Shown: positions 37,760-51,935, numbered from the whole stretch's first letter. The stretch is DNA of 63,932 nucleotides, filler included, from Dimargaris cristalligena (GCA_003614675.1; 2 parts of 2 records of this genome joined end to end with filler, not necessarily neighbours in it); one strand, 5' to 3'. A program made the numbers and translations. Notes: a model not told the origin generated them from the sequence alone.

Positions 37760-39590
37760 TAATGATTCAACAAAAGAGGTTAGACAATGAGGAGAAGGAA
37801 AAGGGGTTAGTGGGAGCCTCATAAGGACAGGGTGATATAGATGTAGATGTAGATATTATTTCTGATTAAGATTGCACAGTGCTACTCGCATCCAAATAAC
37901 CGGTATAGCGGAACTTACGATGAGTAGGCATGTGGCATCTCTCCGATGAGGGGGCCTGCATTCTTCATGATAAGGGTTGAAAGAATCAGCGGAAGGCCGA
38001 ACTCAATGGCTTTAAGTTTCATTTCCGAGGGGATATTGGGTGGAATAACGACAAACGAGGTCTATAATGGGCCGGATATGAGGTATGCCGGTTGGACGTA
38101 CGTTGCGAGATAATGCATCGGTAGGGAGGAGGTTCTAATAAGTCAAGTCAAGTCAAGGCTGGCTAATGGGTACACTGGGGCAATGGTCCAACAGGGGGGC
38201 TATGGCGTGGAAAAGTACGCAGACTAACCTCCTCGGCAACCGCTGAACCTAACGGGCATGTATGGCGCTTAAGCAGACCAAGGTAGGAATAGAGGGGTAT
38301 CAGACAGTCTTCGAACCTAATAATAATAATAAAAAGGTATTTACCTGTGGAAATGGCTCGGGGACACAGGTGCCGCCGTAAGCATGGATAACGCTGCTTA
38401 CGATGGTCACGGTCTTGTCGTCCATCGAGAAGAGGTAGAAGGTCTGCCCATGGTAGGAGTGGTTCTGTGGCATCTTTGGCAGAGGGGACTGGGAGCCAGC
38501 AGGACAGGGTCAGTTAAAAGGCCCGAGGCCGAGGCGCGATAGTCACAAGCAAATGGAGCGAACGGCCAGCTAGGTGGGGGGATACACAGGGAGGCTGAGG
38601 TTGGTTGTGCAATGTTAAGAAGCACTGCCTAGGTTGTTTAGTAAAAACAAACCAATGCGCCGAAAAGGGAGAGCAAATGAGGAAAAGGAGGGGTAATGGA
38701 GGGGGATCGGGGGAGGAGAAGGCACTTGGTAGTAGTGAGTGGACAGCCAATGGGCTGGCTATGGTAAGGAAAAGGCAGTCAGAATGAACCTGACGATAGA
38801 TTCTGCAAGTTGAGGATAGTAAAGGCAGTATAATAATATATGCGGGGAGCAAGAAAGGGCCTGCTGGGGTTATATGGCAGGGCGCGGTGCCACCCACACT
38901 TACTTGGTCTACAGACATATTCCATAGACAAGTTATCCGGTGCAGTTCATTCATCTATAAAGTACGGGCCGTACGTAGTATAGTACAATACCACCACCAC
39001 AACGTACGCTGAATCTTATTTTATATTTATACACGCAATATTCATGACAAGGGGGGGCATCGGCATAATAAAAGGTGGGAAAGAAGACCAGGTGGTATAG
39101 ATTCAATATGGACACGCAGGAGAACAGCACCCACTATGTTCGACTCCACCCCCCACATACACACAAATATCCGATTGAATACGGATGGAAATCGGCAGAT
39201 TCCACACTAACTCTGGTGGTGGCGGATTTCAGCTTTGCAGAGTCTACTACTTCCGGAAATCCCGCAATACTATACTACCGAGGGGAGGGGTTGGAACATA
39301 GCATCGCCATACCTCCTCTATCTTCAAGGATTCCGCCCAGGAGATCACCGCGGCACTCTATTTATAGTAACCACACCATACAGCTCTATGAACGTATTCG
39401 AGTCGCAAAGAACGATTTAGTAACCGTGGGTGCAACAAGCAGATAGGGAAATGTATGTTATTATATATACCACGTTGGGTACAAAAATTGATACGATGCC
39501 ATATGAATGAGTAGTAGGAGGGGTTGTTAGTCATATTACAGTTGCCGGGACCTGTGAATGTATTGTCCGCTTTCCCAGTCATACACTTCG

Positions 39591-41975
39591 TCATCGCTGC
39601 CGGGTTCTGCCCGGGGGGGCCATCGGAGTCCGTGACGTGTCCAGGGGATTCAGTGCCGTAGCCAGCGATTCCGTGCTGGGATATTGGGTTCTTTGCGTTC
39701 CGGAGAGCCGTGCGACCGCGCTGATGGCCGTCGTGGAAGGGTAGGGGCTTTCCTGGCCATTTACTCGTGGGGTGGGACTATGGCGTCCGCGACCGTCGGT
39801 TGAGGTTGAGGAGGGTTGCAGCCACTGCCACCCGCGCTGTAGGGCGGCTGCTACTAGGCCCTTGGGTTCTGGGTTGGTGGAGACTCGATGGGCCGCGGGG
39901 AGCAGCTCGGCATCCGACTGGTCGTTTTCCGAGGTCGACAAAGGGGTGCCCGCCCGGGAATCCGGCGTGTCCCTTCCGTTCGATGGGTGGCCCAGGAGGT
40001 ACGATCGACTGCCCGTCCGTCCTGATCGGGTGCGTCGAACGGAGTCGTCCAGAGGGGGTGGGGGGGAAGTGGTGTACCGCTGGCGGGCCCGTTCGCCGTC
40101 CACTCGGGAATTGTAGCGGCGACTGGTTTGCTGGCGGGCTTCGGGGCCGCCAATGCCAATGATCGAGTCCAGATTACCGTGGCGCTCCAGGACCTTGCGG
40201 GCCTCGTCAATCAGACTTCGTCCCTCTTCGATTCGCAGGTTAGTCCCCGTTTCATCGTCGCTGGTCAGCAGGGGGTCGCTAGCATCAAACCAGCTGAAGA
40301 TGCGGGAGTGAATCCGGAAATACGTAATTAGAGCCGGTATCAGAATCAAAATAGGCATCCAATCGTTAAACTCATCCCCGAGAAAGGGGACCAGGTCAAT
40401 TTGACCCATGAACTGGGCAAAGACGGGGTTGGTGGTCTCCCGACTAAGGGTTAAAAAATTATAGCACAGGGGAGTGGTGAGGCGGCACAAGTAGGATCCG
40501 CAGAAGAGCAGGCTCCGCTCGTTCGTGTGGTGGTTGGGGGCCAGGGCGTAAAAATGGAACAGTTTGAGCTTCATAAGCATCATGTAGGCACAGGCGCACA
40601 TGTACGCCATGGTCAAGAACGAGATGGCTTCCAGGGAGGCGTAGCTGAGGGGAAGCGAGTGGAGGAGGTGAGCGAAAATGGAGAGGGGTGGGTTGGAGAA
40701 ATTAAAGGTCACCTCGGACCAGATAAGGGCCACACTAAGCAAGGTGAAGACCAGGGCAAATGTTCGGTAGAGAAAGGGCCGTATCCGAACGTACCACCAC
40801 CACGCCGTACTCTTATGAAGGGGGGAGGCATCGCGATATGGCTGGATCGTTGATTCCAGTCGGTGGTCGGGGTTGTGGGCGCTGTGAAGGACATCCTGGA
40901 AAAACAGCGCCGTGTGCAGTTGCTGTTCCCAAAGGGCCCGGCAACGGGCTTCTTTACTCTGGGCCCGCATGACCCGTAGGTGGAGATCCTCCAAGAACTT
41001 CTCGGTAAAAACATCAGGTAGGCCGAGCTCCTCCGAGTCACCGGTCCGGATTATAGAGGCGGTGGTGGCCCGCTGGCTTGCCGGAGGGAACTTCTTCAGG
41101 ATGAGCTGGACCAACGGGCGAAGGGGGCTGCCGGAGGGTAGGCGGTCCTCGACCACCCTGGTTTTGGCCAGTAGGTCGTAGAGATCCATCTCAGCGATAA
41201 ACCAGTCGTCCTTAAGGCCCACCGCCTTGGCTTCGATTTGTTCAAACTCCCGCTCCAAATTCGCGGAGTGCCACAGGCGGCGGGGTACCGCGACCAAACC
41301 ACAGCCCATGAATATAATAATGAGCAGCAGCCCCCACGAATTAGCCGCAGCCATGACGAACGCCATGAGGGCCTTGCCGTCCGTGATTCCCTTGACGAAG
41401 ATGAAATAACCGAGAAACCCCAACGCGGCTAACCCCGCGAAACTATAGTAAAGCAAATTGGCCCGCAGAGCCGACCGCACCCGGTCGCGGACCCGAAAGG
41501 CCCCCGAATCGACGAATGAAATCAAAAAGGGGAGCGACAGCCAGGTCAGGGAGAAGGAGGTCCAGTACACCACCCGCCATATAATAAACTGGGCCCGCTC
41601 GTCCAAATACATGAGGGGGGCTCCGCCTCCTAACCCGGTCGCCCGACACGTTTCCGACTGTTGGCAGCGGCGGTACAGGGTGGAACTCAAGTCCAGCGGT
41701 AGCAGGAACATGATGGTGAAGGGTAGGTACCAGCTTAGCGTGGCGATGCCTTGGACATACCAACGGGTCTTACGACGGTCGCCAAAGTAATTGATTAGTA
41801 TGGCAACGAGCCCAAAGGTGGCCACGAAACATAGTATAACGGGGACTACGGAGAAGACGCTGGGGGGTGGAATCGCCGGAGGGGTTGGTACCGGAGTTGG
41901 TGTTGGCGTGGGCGACGCTATTGGTGATGAGCTAGCGGGCAATGGGGATTGCGTAGGACTAGGAAACGAGTCCAT
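39591..41975 (-). CDS. LMBR1-domain multi-pass membrane protein, LMBRD2-like (794 aa)
   Basis: LLPLDLSST, WRVVYWTSFSLTW..LPF...FVDSGAF, ANSWGLLL...GCGLVAVPRRLW, HHTNERSLLF...LCRLTTPLCYNFL, FMGQIDLVPFLGDEFNDWMP. Confidence 0.92.
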   Translation of the reverse strand: MDSFPSPTQSPLPASSSPIASPTPTPTPVPTPPAIPPPSVFSVVPVILCFVATFGLVAILINYFGDRRKTRWYVQGIATLSWYLPFTIMFLLPLDLSSTLYRRCQQSETCRATGLGGGAPLMYLDERAQFIIWRVVYWTSFSLTWLSLPFLISFVDSGAFRVRDRVRSALRANLLYYSFAGLAALGFLGYFIFVKGITDGKALMAFVMAAANSWGLLLIIIFMGCGLVAVPRRLWHSANLEREFEQIEAKAVGLKDDWFIAEMDLYDLLAKTRVVEDRLPSGSPLRPLVQLILKKFPPASQRATTASIIRTGDSEELGLPDVFTEKFLEDLHLRVMRAQSKEARCRALWEQQLHTALFFQDVLHSAHNPDHRLESTIQPYRDASPLHKSTAWWWYVRIRPFLYRTFALVFTLLSVALIWSEVTFNFSNPPLSIFAHLLHSLPLSYASLEAISFLTMAYMCACAYMMLMKLKLFHFYALAPNHHTNERSLLFCGSYLCRLTTPLCYNFLTLSRETTNPVFAQFMGQIDLVPFLGDEFNDWMPILILIPALITYFRIHSRIFSWFDASDPLLTSDDETGTNLRIEEGRSLIDEARKVLERHGNLDSIIGIGGPEARQQTSRRYNSRVDGERARQRYTTSPPPPLDDSVRRTRSGRTGSRSYLLGHPSNGRDTPDSRAGTPLSTSENDQSDAELLPAAHRVSTNPEPKGLVAAALQRGWQWLQPSSTSTDGRGRHSPTPRVNGQESPYPSTTAISAVARLSGTQRTQYPSTESLATALNPLDTSRTPMAPPGRTRQR

Positions 41976-42772
41976 TGTAGATAAATAAAAGGCACTATAC
42001 TATAATACTAAAACGAAAAAATACATTGATGTACGAAAGGTCTCTCTGGTCAAAGGAGAGACTCTAACGATAAAAAGGGGGAATGCCATGGCCTCTCGAA
42101 TAGTCTATTCGGGAATGACATCAGTGGTGAACCTGGAAAGCAAAGAGGGGGGCTCCACACCTCGGATTGATGTACGTCCAAGCAAAGCCTAGCCCTCACA
42201 AGAAGGAAAGCCACAGTATGCTGGGCAAAACCGCCCCGCCCCGCCTTGGCCCAGGTACTGGTCGGCTGGTTTTGCTTTGCAGAGGATATCCGTAGGTTAG
42301 GTTAAACGTGCCTCATCATGTAACCACGGATGACCACGTTGTGGTTAGTGCGCCATGGGCCCCAGCCCCTCGTTGGTACATATACATTCCGTTTGAAGAC
42401 TCCTTATAACGCCTGGTTACAGTATAGTTGATTTGGACAATAGCTTTACCTTACATCTTGCTGATACATCCAGCTAACCCACCATTTAGTGGCAACGGTA
42501 GCTCAACCCTTCGGTACCCCAATTCCCGAAATACTCCGACACCGTCTATTAATGTAAGGGCATCTTCGTCATTCGCAGTTCAATAGTATAAAGTATATTT
42601 AGTGGATTATCAAGTCAATCTAAGAAATAGTAATGCAAGGCTAATATGATCGTCCTATTGATACACGGTAAACTGTTTTTTTAAAAAGACTGGAAAAATA
42701 TAGGGGTAAATGTACAAATAATTCCGTATGAATATCAAACTGGTGGGGCTAAAAAAACATCGCCAAAGCGAC

Positions 42773-44482
42773 TTATTCGGTGGGGACCGCAGTTGGACAA
42801 CCCTCACTGAGCCAGGTCTGGAAATTGAGTCCCGCCAACTCGTCCATATGGAAAGACTCCATAGAGGGCGTCTGTCCCATCAACTCCATAATAGTTGCGG
42901 AATCCAGCCCTAGATTCGCAAATGAGCCCGGGATAGAACCGTCTACCTGTTCACATGGGCCGTTCGTATGGTGGGCTCCGTTTGAGTTTGGATTCGTATT
43001 CACGGAATTAATAGAGGAAACGGTGGACTGAACTGATGGGACCGTCTCCCCCGCATTAGGTAGGGATGGTTGAAAGCCGTAGTACATATTCGGCAGACCC
43101 AAGGCATCGGTCGAGCCCTTACCCATTTGTGTTGGGGTGGCGACATTATACGAGGTCGACCGGCGTAGGTTATCCACCGGGGGTCCGGAGCTGAACGTAG
43201 ACATGTTGGACGCTGGCTTCGATCCTGCGTTCCGGTTCGACAGGGTATTAAAGAGGTTATGCGTAGCCAATTCATAACCCTCGGCCCCGGACTTTAGGTC
43301 AGGAAATGCCGCCTGGAAAGAAACGAGGTCAGTCGGGTCCATCGGTGATGGGTAGTTATGGTGGATCCCCAACCCCATAGAAACCGGTGTTGGATAATGG
43401 GTCGGCGCACCGCCCCCCATTATGGTCTTACCGCCGCCTCCTTCCAGAGTCGCTTCTTTCCTTGAACTGCCGGGCGGGGTGGGGCCGGTGGAACAAAACG
43501 GTAACGGTGAGAATAGGGTGCTATTAGGGGAGGTGTACATGGATGTCACGGGTACATCATGGTTCGTTGTCGACACGGGGGTGGCGGCGCTGGGGTTAGT
43601 AGAGTTGATCCCGACGTTGGGGGGTAAACTGTTGGTGCGGGTTAAGTTGCTGAACATCCCCCGGCGGACCTTCATTAGTCTCGTGCTAGCTGGTTGCGAG
43701 TCAGGAGTCAATAGCTCTGACATAGAGTCACTGGTGCCCTTGTCCCCATGGTTGGGTGGGGTATCCATTAGAGCGTGCGATAGGGTCCGCTTGTTGGTGT
43801 TGGGTCGGGTGGCCACAGGACGCTTGCTCTGAAAAGGGGCGATGGGGACAAAGTGCGAACCCCCTCTGGGCATGGGGGGACGGGACATGGCCGAACTGCC
43901 GCCGGGGGTATTGCCACTGCCATGTGATTCCGTATGAGCCCCAGGGTGGTGGTGGTGGTGTTGCTGATGCTGATGATGAGGATGGTGCGGGTGGTGGCCC
44001 ATCATGTTTAGGTCAGGGTCGTAGAATTTCTTGTCGCTTTTGACGGCAATGTCCTCCGATCCAGCGCCGACGCTAACGACCTTGTATTCGTTGACAACTG
44101 CTACTCGCCGCCGATTGCTAAATGTGGCGACCGAATGGTTGGACGGCGGCTGGGAAGCGGGTTGGGAATAGGATTGGCTGTTGGCGTCCTGGCCTGCCGA
44201 AACGGGTACGGCGGCGCCCGCCATCAGGTCCTTGCGGCGCTTTGATTCGTTGGTGGTGTATTGCTTAGTAAAGTACTTGACAATAAGCGAGTCGGTATTT
44301 TCCTCGGACGAATAGAGATGGCAGGCGTCTTTTTGGTCGAAAATGAGCAGCGTCACTTTGACTCCGCAGAGAACGGCGATTTCGTGGGCCTTCTTGATTA
44401 AGCCCGCCCGACGGCGAGCGAACGTGACTGTCTTTTGACGATCATTTTCGATTTTACGGATTTGAATCTTCTTGCGACCCAT
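42773..44482 (-). CDS. MADS-box transcription factor, MEF2/Rlm1 type (569 aa)
   Basis: N-terminal MGRKKIQIRKIENDRQKTVTFARRRAGLIKKAHEIAVLCGVKVTLLIF followed by a His/Ser/Pro-rich tail. Confidence 0.92.
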   Translation of the reverse strand: MGRKKIQIRKIENDRQKTVTFARRRAGLIKKAHEIAVLCGVKVTLLIFDQKDACHLYSSEENTDSLIVKYFTKQYTTNESKRRKDLMAGAAVPVSAGQDANSQSYSQPASQPPSNHSVATFSNRRRVAVVNEYKVVSVGAGSEDIAVKSDKKFYDPDLNMMGHHPHHPHHQHQQHHHHHPGAHTESHGSGNTPGGSSAMSRPPMPRGGSHFVPIAPFQSKRPVATRPNTNKRTLSHALMDTPPNHGDKGTSDSMSELLTPDSQPASTRLMKVRRGMFSNLTRTNSLPPNVGINSTNPSAATPVSTTNHDVPVTSMYTSPNSTLFSPLPFCSTGPTPPGSSRKEATLEGGGGKTIMGGGAPTHYPTPVSMGLGIHHNYPSPMDPTDLVSFQAAFPDLKSGAEGYELATHNLFNTLSNRNAGSKPASNMSTFSSGPPVDNLRRSTSYNVATPTQMGKGSTDALGLPNMYYGFQPSLPNAGETVPSVQSTVSSINSVNTNPNSNGAHHTNGPCEQVDGSIPGSFANLGLDSATIMELMGQTPSMESFHMDELAGLNFQTWLSEGCPTAVPTE

Positions 44483-46794
44483 TGTGAATAGATCAATAAA
44501 AATGAATATATAATAATACCACTATTATAAAATAGTATAGGCGAAAGTTGTAATGGTCGTGGAACGAGGGTATGTATTAGGTATGGTACAATTCTTGTAA
44601 TGGTGCTCTCGAGGTAGCGCTATATGATATAGATATGTAATGGGACGTGGTTCCTTGAAGTGATAAACTAGTAACCCAGATTGGGTATGTACAAGGGCCG
44701 AGTGTGAATATTTGAGGTATCTAGCTAAACTATTCCAGGAGGTACTAAAAGAGAATGCCTAAAAGTCGAGGTGGCGAAAGAAAATGCTGCCAACGAATGC
44801 TATTTTCCGGCCTTGAGGAGCGAGCGGGGAAGGATTTATACTCCCCAGCCATTTTGCAAGGAATAGACAGCCCTGCACATCGATGGCCGTCACGCGGGGT
44901 AATGGATATTGCAATATACAAATAAGGAATAGCTCAATAGCGTTTGGTTATTTAAATAAGTCCGAATGAATAAAGAGGCTATTTTTACCCCCAAAATCTT
45001 TAATATATTCCGACCCAGAGAATGGGATAAGGGGGAGTGAAAGGAAGCAACACGCACCTGTTGATCACGATGGCTCCATCATTTCGCTTCCCTGAATACC
45101 CATCCCCTCGCCCGTGTGGGGATGAAGGAGCGGATGTAGGGGGTGGGGGAATTCGGACATCGCCGCGCCCATTGATACGGGCCAACGGCTGTATCCCGCT
45201 ATAGGGCCCATTCCAAAAGGGTATTTCCGCCTACCTAATAGGGACATTGTAACCACTCCCCGTACGCTACCAAACAGTCTCCCCGCATACTTCATTACAT
45301 GTTAGGCCCTAGTAATTGGCCCACACGGAGTTAATATTTTCCTAATCCTGAGGGTAAAGCCATGCCTGAGGCGGCGGGTCCCTGACCCCTACCCCGTTGC
45401 TCGTCAATTCAGGGATGGAAGGCTTCTGCTAACGTTTGATGCACCTCATGCCTTTTGGCAGTGTCCATCACCGCCTGTTCTGGTTCCGGAGCACCTCAAC
45501 CACCTTTTGGACACACATAGCTATTATTATTAAACCCACAAATTGCTATGGTTTTATGCACTGATGATTTTTCTATGATCAGTTCCATTGCATTGACTGA
45601 AAAAATGAAGGAAACTGCCTAAAGAATATTATAGTGAATTTTGGGGAAATATAATTCGGCCTTGCCTGTCTCTACTTCAAGTGGTTTTGGTGAATTACCA
45701 AATTATCACTGTACTTGTCTAGGTCAAAGCATGCCAATGCCTTTTTTACATGAAAGGTTCTGATGATTAAGTATATCAAAGGTAGAGCACGGTAGTGCTA
45801 GGGGTAACCTTAATACTGGCATAAGCCGCCCTATAACTTTTTCCCAACGGTGCCGTAGAGGTACGTACCTCTTTACTCACTGAATTTTAACCTGTGGTGG
45901 CCACAGTCTTGTAGATTCACACCCCTCATTATTAACACGTTGACGCGGGGATGGATCAAATGCTGGCTGATATAGTCTTCGGCTGGGCTCAATTATGGTT
46001 CTCTACCACTGCATTTGCTCCTACTCCGATAATTTGCCAACAATATAATATTTTATAAAGTTGAATATTGTCTATTAAATTTGTTGAACCCCGGGGTATC
46101 TATTTTCTCAACCCAATACACACTCTATATAGTAGAGGTAGATATAGTACACTATGATAGCAATGATAAGATTTGGCAGAGCCGACCCATTGCTGCAACT
46201 ATTTTATCATCGCCTTTACCCTTGGGTTAATTCATGAAAATACTAAGCATCTGAAATCCAGGCGCGCTGCTTTCCTAATCCGTTTGTAGTGGAGAGAATA
46301 CCAAGAAGACCTGGTGCAGCGGCCCCTGAATCATGACAGCTCTCCGTGGTCCCAGCGGCGCTCAGTCCGACCAGGGGCCAAGTGTGCAGACCGTATTCAC
46401 TTAGTATCCGACTGGAATGCTAACCAGTCCAACTAGCCGCTCCATTAATTAACAGCATCGCCGGTATTGCAGAAAAATAGTCTGACCATTTATCCGGAAA
46501 AATCACATTGCCATAGCGAGACTGATTTCAAAGCTATATAGAAAAGGGTGAGAGGAGATCATATAGTAAAAAGAATTTGACCCTACGGCGTCCTTGGTAA
46601 TAGACCACCTAGTCGAAGAACATTGATGACAAATGATCAGTAGACAATTGAACCCACGGAGCACTTGCATGTTTATCTGTTTTTTGTTTTTGTTCAATAA
46701 TAATAGTAATAATAATAAAACTCCCCGTTAAATGGACCTTAGAAGTGCTATTCATAAGGTGGTTGGGGTGGGTATATCCAGGTGAGATAGAGAT

Positions 46795-49305
46795 TTAAGT
46801 GTCAAGACGCAATAGCTCAATGGGGATCAAACCTCTCATTTCATCCACACAGGCTTGGACGGCGTCGCGGCTGGTGCCTGAACCTTCCAAGTAGTACTTG
46901 ATCTTGGGTTCGGTGCCACTGTGATTATAGTTATCAAGTAAAGATAATATAGTTAAGTCCAAACGGTACTAGTTAGCAAGAAACCTAGATGTATTACTCA
47001 GACAGCGATTATGATGTCTACATGAATAAGTTGGCGTGCTCCATTTAAAAACAATGAAATACTGATCAGGCACTTAGGACAGGGTGCGAATGTATTAAAA
47101 AGGGATTATAGCCGACATCATGCAATCTAGTTACCTTGTCCGTAGGGTTAGCGTGCACTGGTTATCGAACGTAAACGTGATCATTTCTGAACCAGCTGAG
47201 GTGGGAAGTTTGGGTGTGGTGTCCACTCCCTCCAAAGTAGTTAATAGATCAAGGTTAGGGCATTCGAACCCATATGTCAAATCCCGGATACCCACCACCC
47301 GGGCCAGGCCCAATTGTTTAGGGTACCGCAGGGCCGGCTCGCCTTCCCGAACCTGGAAATAAAAGCGATCGACGGACCGCTCGGTCTCGCCGAATCGGAT
47401 AGCGGCAAAGGCCTTCTTGATCACCGCGGGGTTATGGCACACGTAATAGCCGTTGCCCGAAACGAAGTAGCCGTAGCGTTCGTAGAGCTGTTCCATGTGT
47501 TGCGAAATGGTAAGGTTTTGTTCGTGTAATTGACACGCCATTTCGGCCATCAGGGCCAGGGCGGTAACGCCATCCTTGTCCGGCACAACGCTCCCCATCA
47601 TATAACCTAAAGGGAGGGATGTTCCCATGAGTGTATATTCCACAATATTAAAGATAATTGATTAGTTCGATGGTCGGTCCCAAGCTGGGGGGTTAGAAAT
47701 ATATTTCCATCGACGAATATGTTCTGGCCCCTGTGGGGATACCCAAACTAAATAAATAACTATTATTCTATGGCTTACCGAGAGCCTCTTCATAGGCGAA
47801 GATGGCGTTATAGCCCTCCTCGTCCAAAGCCAGAGCACGGTTACCGAGCCATTTGAAGCCGGTAAGGGTGTCCTCGTAGTGGATGCCTTCTTTCCGGGCC
47901 AGAGCGGCCAGCATCTTCGACGACACAGTACTATTGAGTATAGCTAAAGGTTTCGATACTGGATTGGTGGCCTTGGTCTGGGTTACCACATAGTGGGCCA
48001 GCATAGTCCCAATTTGATCTCCGGTGAAGACAATCCACTCGCCATTGGGCTGGCACTCGGCCAGGGCGAACCGGTCGGCATCGGGATCATTGGCCAAGAC
48101 CAGGCGGATCTGGTGGCTACTAGCGGTAGCCATGGCCAGATCCAGGGCCCCCTTCTCCTCGGGGTTCGGGAATTTGACGGTGGGGAAATCGGGGTCCGGG
48201 CTGGCCTGCTCAGGAACGGTGACGAAGGGCGGGAGATTAAACGCGGCGAAGGCCTGTTCGGCATAGGGCGTACCCACCCCATGCATCGGGGTGTAGACGA
48301 AACGCAGGCTAGTGGTCGGATTGGCCTCCAGGTGGGACGCCAGAGTTGCCACCTGTTTGAAATAGGCCTCCGTCATGGATCGGCTGATCACCTGACACCG
48401 GGCGTGATGGATAATCTCGTCCCGACTGAGGCGGGGGCCCCAGGGGGCCTGGTTCGCCGCAATGGCCTGCGCGATGCCACTGTCGTGCGGGGGGATGATT
48501 TGGCTCGCGTTGGCCCAGTACACCTTGTAGCCGTTGTCGGCCTTGGGGTTATGCGACGCGGTGATCATGACCCCGCAGGCGGCACCCAGCTGCTTAACGG
48601 CAAACGGGACCAACGGGGTGTGTACTAGGACTTCGTGGAAATGCACGCGGAACCCTTGGCGGAGAAACGCGGTGGCCGTGCATTCGGCGAAGGCCCGGGA
48701 ATGGTGACGATGGTCGTGGCCAATGACCACGCCACGCGCCACGGCGTCCGGGACCGTAGCCTGGACGTATTGGCAAAGACCCTGGGAGGCCTGGGTCACT
48801 GTTAGCTCATTCATGCGGCTGAAGCCGGCTTCCATGCGGGCCCGGAGACCCGCTGTACCGAATTGGATGGGGTGGCGGAGACGGGCTTCGAGTTCGGACC
48901 AGTTGCCCTGGTCGACCAGGTCGGAGATTTCCTTGCGGGTGGCTACATTCTACGGAATCAGGGGGGGGTGGTTGTTATTGTCCGCCGGTGCAGTGGAATA
49001 GAGAGGGTCCACGAATATAGCAGAAATATAGATAAAGTAGCGTCAAAGGTGTGGTGGGGGGGAGTTAGCATGGGTAAGGCGTACGTTGCACGTAATAATT
49101 ATAATGTGGCTTGGACGGTTCGGAGGGAGGGGTGGGATACAATAAAAGGAATGCCCCCACACCCCCGACATAGGGGTAACGCCTCCGGGAGCTCATTCAG
49201 AGACCATGGGAGAGGTCTTCGGAAAAAAGTGGTGGCACATACTTGGTCGAGAGCTAGCCAGCGCTCAGCGAGTGTCTGGATAGTGACTGAGTCGGTAAGA
49301 GCCAT
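46795..49305 (-). CDS. Phosphoglucomutase-2/phosphopentomutase family alpha-D-phosphohexomutase (609 aa); exons 49305-49243, 48949-47779, 47606-47135, 46918-46795
   Basis: FGTAGLRA, GHDHRHHS, catalytic TASHNP, metal loop NDPDADR, TLTGFKW, YEEALG|Y, DKDGV, LRTS|GTEPKIKYY. Intron phases are consistent. Confidence 0.95.
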
Positions 49306-51935
49306 GTCGTGACGGTTACTTTGGGGAATGCGGTATTCAAGGAAAAGGGGGTATTGACTGAAATGGTAGGTGTGATTTCGTACAAGTTCTTGGGAAGGAA
49401 AAGGGAAAGGCTGGGCTGTGTCACCATTGCCAAGGTCAGTTACCTTGGACCTGTTATGTTGGGGTTGGTCTAGAATGGCGAGACTCTTCCTCCCGTTGGT
49501 GACCACTAACCCAAGATAGAGAGCTGCTTGAGCCCTGCGTAATACAATTAGAGCGCTATTTTTGGACCCTTTCAAATGATATCATCACCAGGGGGGAAAT
49601 GACATCCCAGTGGCTGGTGGTGACTATGGGCAAATGTAAATTATATATAATATCACTAACTAAATTGCCCCACCAACCCCAATGTCTATATATCAATACC
49701 CCCTACCTCATTAAATCTATACAAACGCTCTATTTATATATATATATTACCCTGTCCATGATGGATGTATTAAACGGCCATCTAGTTCAACTGATAAGCA
49801 AAATACTGTGATTCAACTGCCAAGGTCTGCTTAACCCTGTTGCAAAAATAAAACACGAATGCTTCGAGGGTCAACCGTTTCTAAATTACACGGCATGTAT
49901 GACATGCAGGGCCTCTTCTCTCAAATGACATTCGGTAACATTTACCCCTTTGTTTTTATCTCCTTCTGTATCGACTTATCCTCTCCTAGCTATACCGACG
50001 AACCGGTCCTAATAGCCGTAATATAGGCAATACCATGCACATCCCAAAACGGTCAAATGCGATAATATATTATTCGACACTACATCAACGGTTAAAAACG
50101 GGTCCAAATAGCCACTCGGCCAACAGCCCGGGGCGAAGGGTTCCCCCAAACCGCCGAAAGACACCCCCCTGGGTCGGGTACGAATTGTGTGAGCGACTCT
50201 AATATTTCCACCTTGCGAACCTTCGGGGCACTAATACCGGTGCTTCCATTTAGAAATCGGAAGGGCCCACCGGTGTAGCACACCTGGGGGTTCCCAGGCC
50301 GATCCGCACTCTTGAAAGTATTATTAATGCCATTCAACTAAAACCATTAAATAGGCAAAAGCGGTGCCGCTCTAAACGGTGGCAAATAGACGGTGGTCGG
50401 TCAGTTGCTCATCTACTTTAGGTTACACTCATTTAGCCACTCAGCTATGGCCATGCTCATTACAGTCATGAAACCGTAGTGGTGGAAGCTGCAGCAGATA
50501 TCTGGTACGGTTACCCTTAAGGCAGTAAGTAAAATCCGATTCGATCATCCATTGAAGAAAATGGAGCCACCTGGAAAATGAAACCGCGGGTCCATTTCGC
50601 TTTAACCGGGCTTCATTAATGACTAAAGCCGCCCGCAACCGCAGTCGATGACCACAGTCGTTACATTGAATATCCCCCACTTTTATCATGTATTCCCCTA
50701 CCCACCACGCCGATCCCCTTCGTTTTATTTTGGGTTCCAAAGAATCGCCGTGGTGTAGTCAACCATGAGCTTTACCTGTTTATTGGTTAGCTAGTAATAC
50801 TATCGAATGAAATCCCCGATATTTGCGGGACCGTATTTCCCTAATTTGGACGAGTACACTGCAACCCGCCAATCAACAACTGAACCAGCGTTCCTCCAAC
50901 GTATCAAAGAAAGCCATAGCCGAGGCATTACTCACCTAGGGAAGCGAACATCCTATACAGTAACAATTTAAGTCACAGCGGCCCATGTTTATCCTCGACT
51001 CGAACCCCCTGGTTGAGGGAAATCTAGAAAGCCCCACTATCAACATCCGAGTCCCGAATAAACCCAAAAGCGAAAAAACAACCTCATCGGGGGGGGGGAT
51101 AGCTTGCTAATGTTTTAAAATAGGTCTCAGCTGAGCCGGTCATTAACGAGGATATACTATGGAAAGACGGCTAAATACTGTGTAAAAAACCCCCGACGGA
51201 AGGGTGCCCCCTCCTTCCCCCCTGACTCATGCTGCATTGCATTTTCTCCCCAGTTCCACGCCTACGTCAACTTTCAGGCTGCTTTCCGTGCGACCTGTCA
51301 TAGCCAAGTCACTAATGAAGGTTTCTTTTATCCCCGTTTGGTTAAACAGGCGTGGTGGTTTCACAGTAATTGGATCGCGACGAAATGTATAAATGAGTGT
51401 AATAGGCTTAGCTTATTGGACCAACCCCCGTACATTATTTTCCCTTTTTCTTTCCCCTTCGTTTTTATTTCAATTTACACTAAATCCCCCGGACCCGCAC
51501 ATCTAAAGTGCCCTCGCCCGGAGTCTTATAAAATGGGATGATCGTAAGGGGAACAAATGATTGTCGTAAAGACGAACTCCCATAAATAGTCGACCTAGCC
51601 CCGCATCGACTTAGTTCGAACTATCCAAAACATTGGTGATTTTTTTATACATGTTATCTCAATAGATTATCGAGTTTCATCCCCAAATCGTCCTTATTCT
51701 GGAGTTGAGGATTCGCGACATATTAGCCTTCTCTCCTCTACATTCGTGTGCCTTCCTTGCCTTATATTTACACGCGTTGGCTTCAACGAATTTTCATGTA
51801 TTTTGCATTTCATCGTTAATAGAATTGACTCGCAGTCCCAGCCCCCCACATTGCAAAATCGATATAATTCCACGACTTTCAGCAACTCCGCATTCTTACT
51901 CGTTATCTTCGAGTCTACCGTATCATATTTAAATC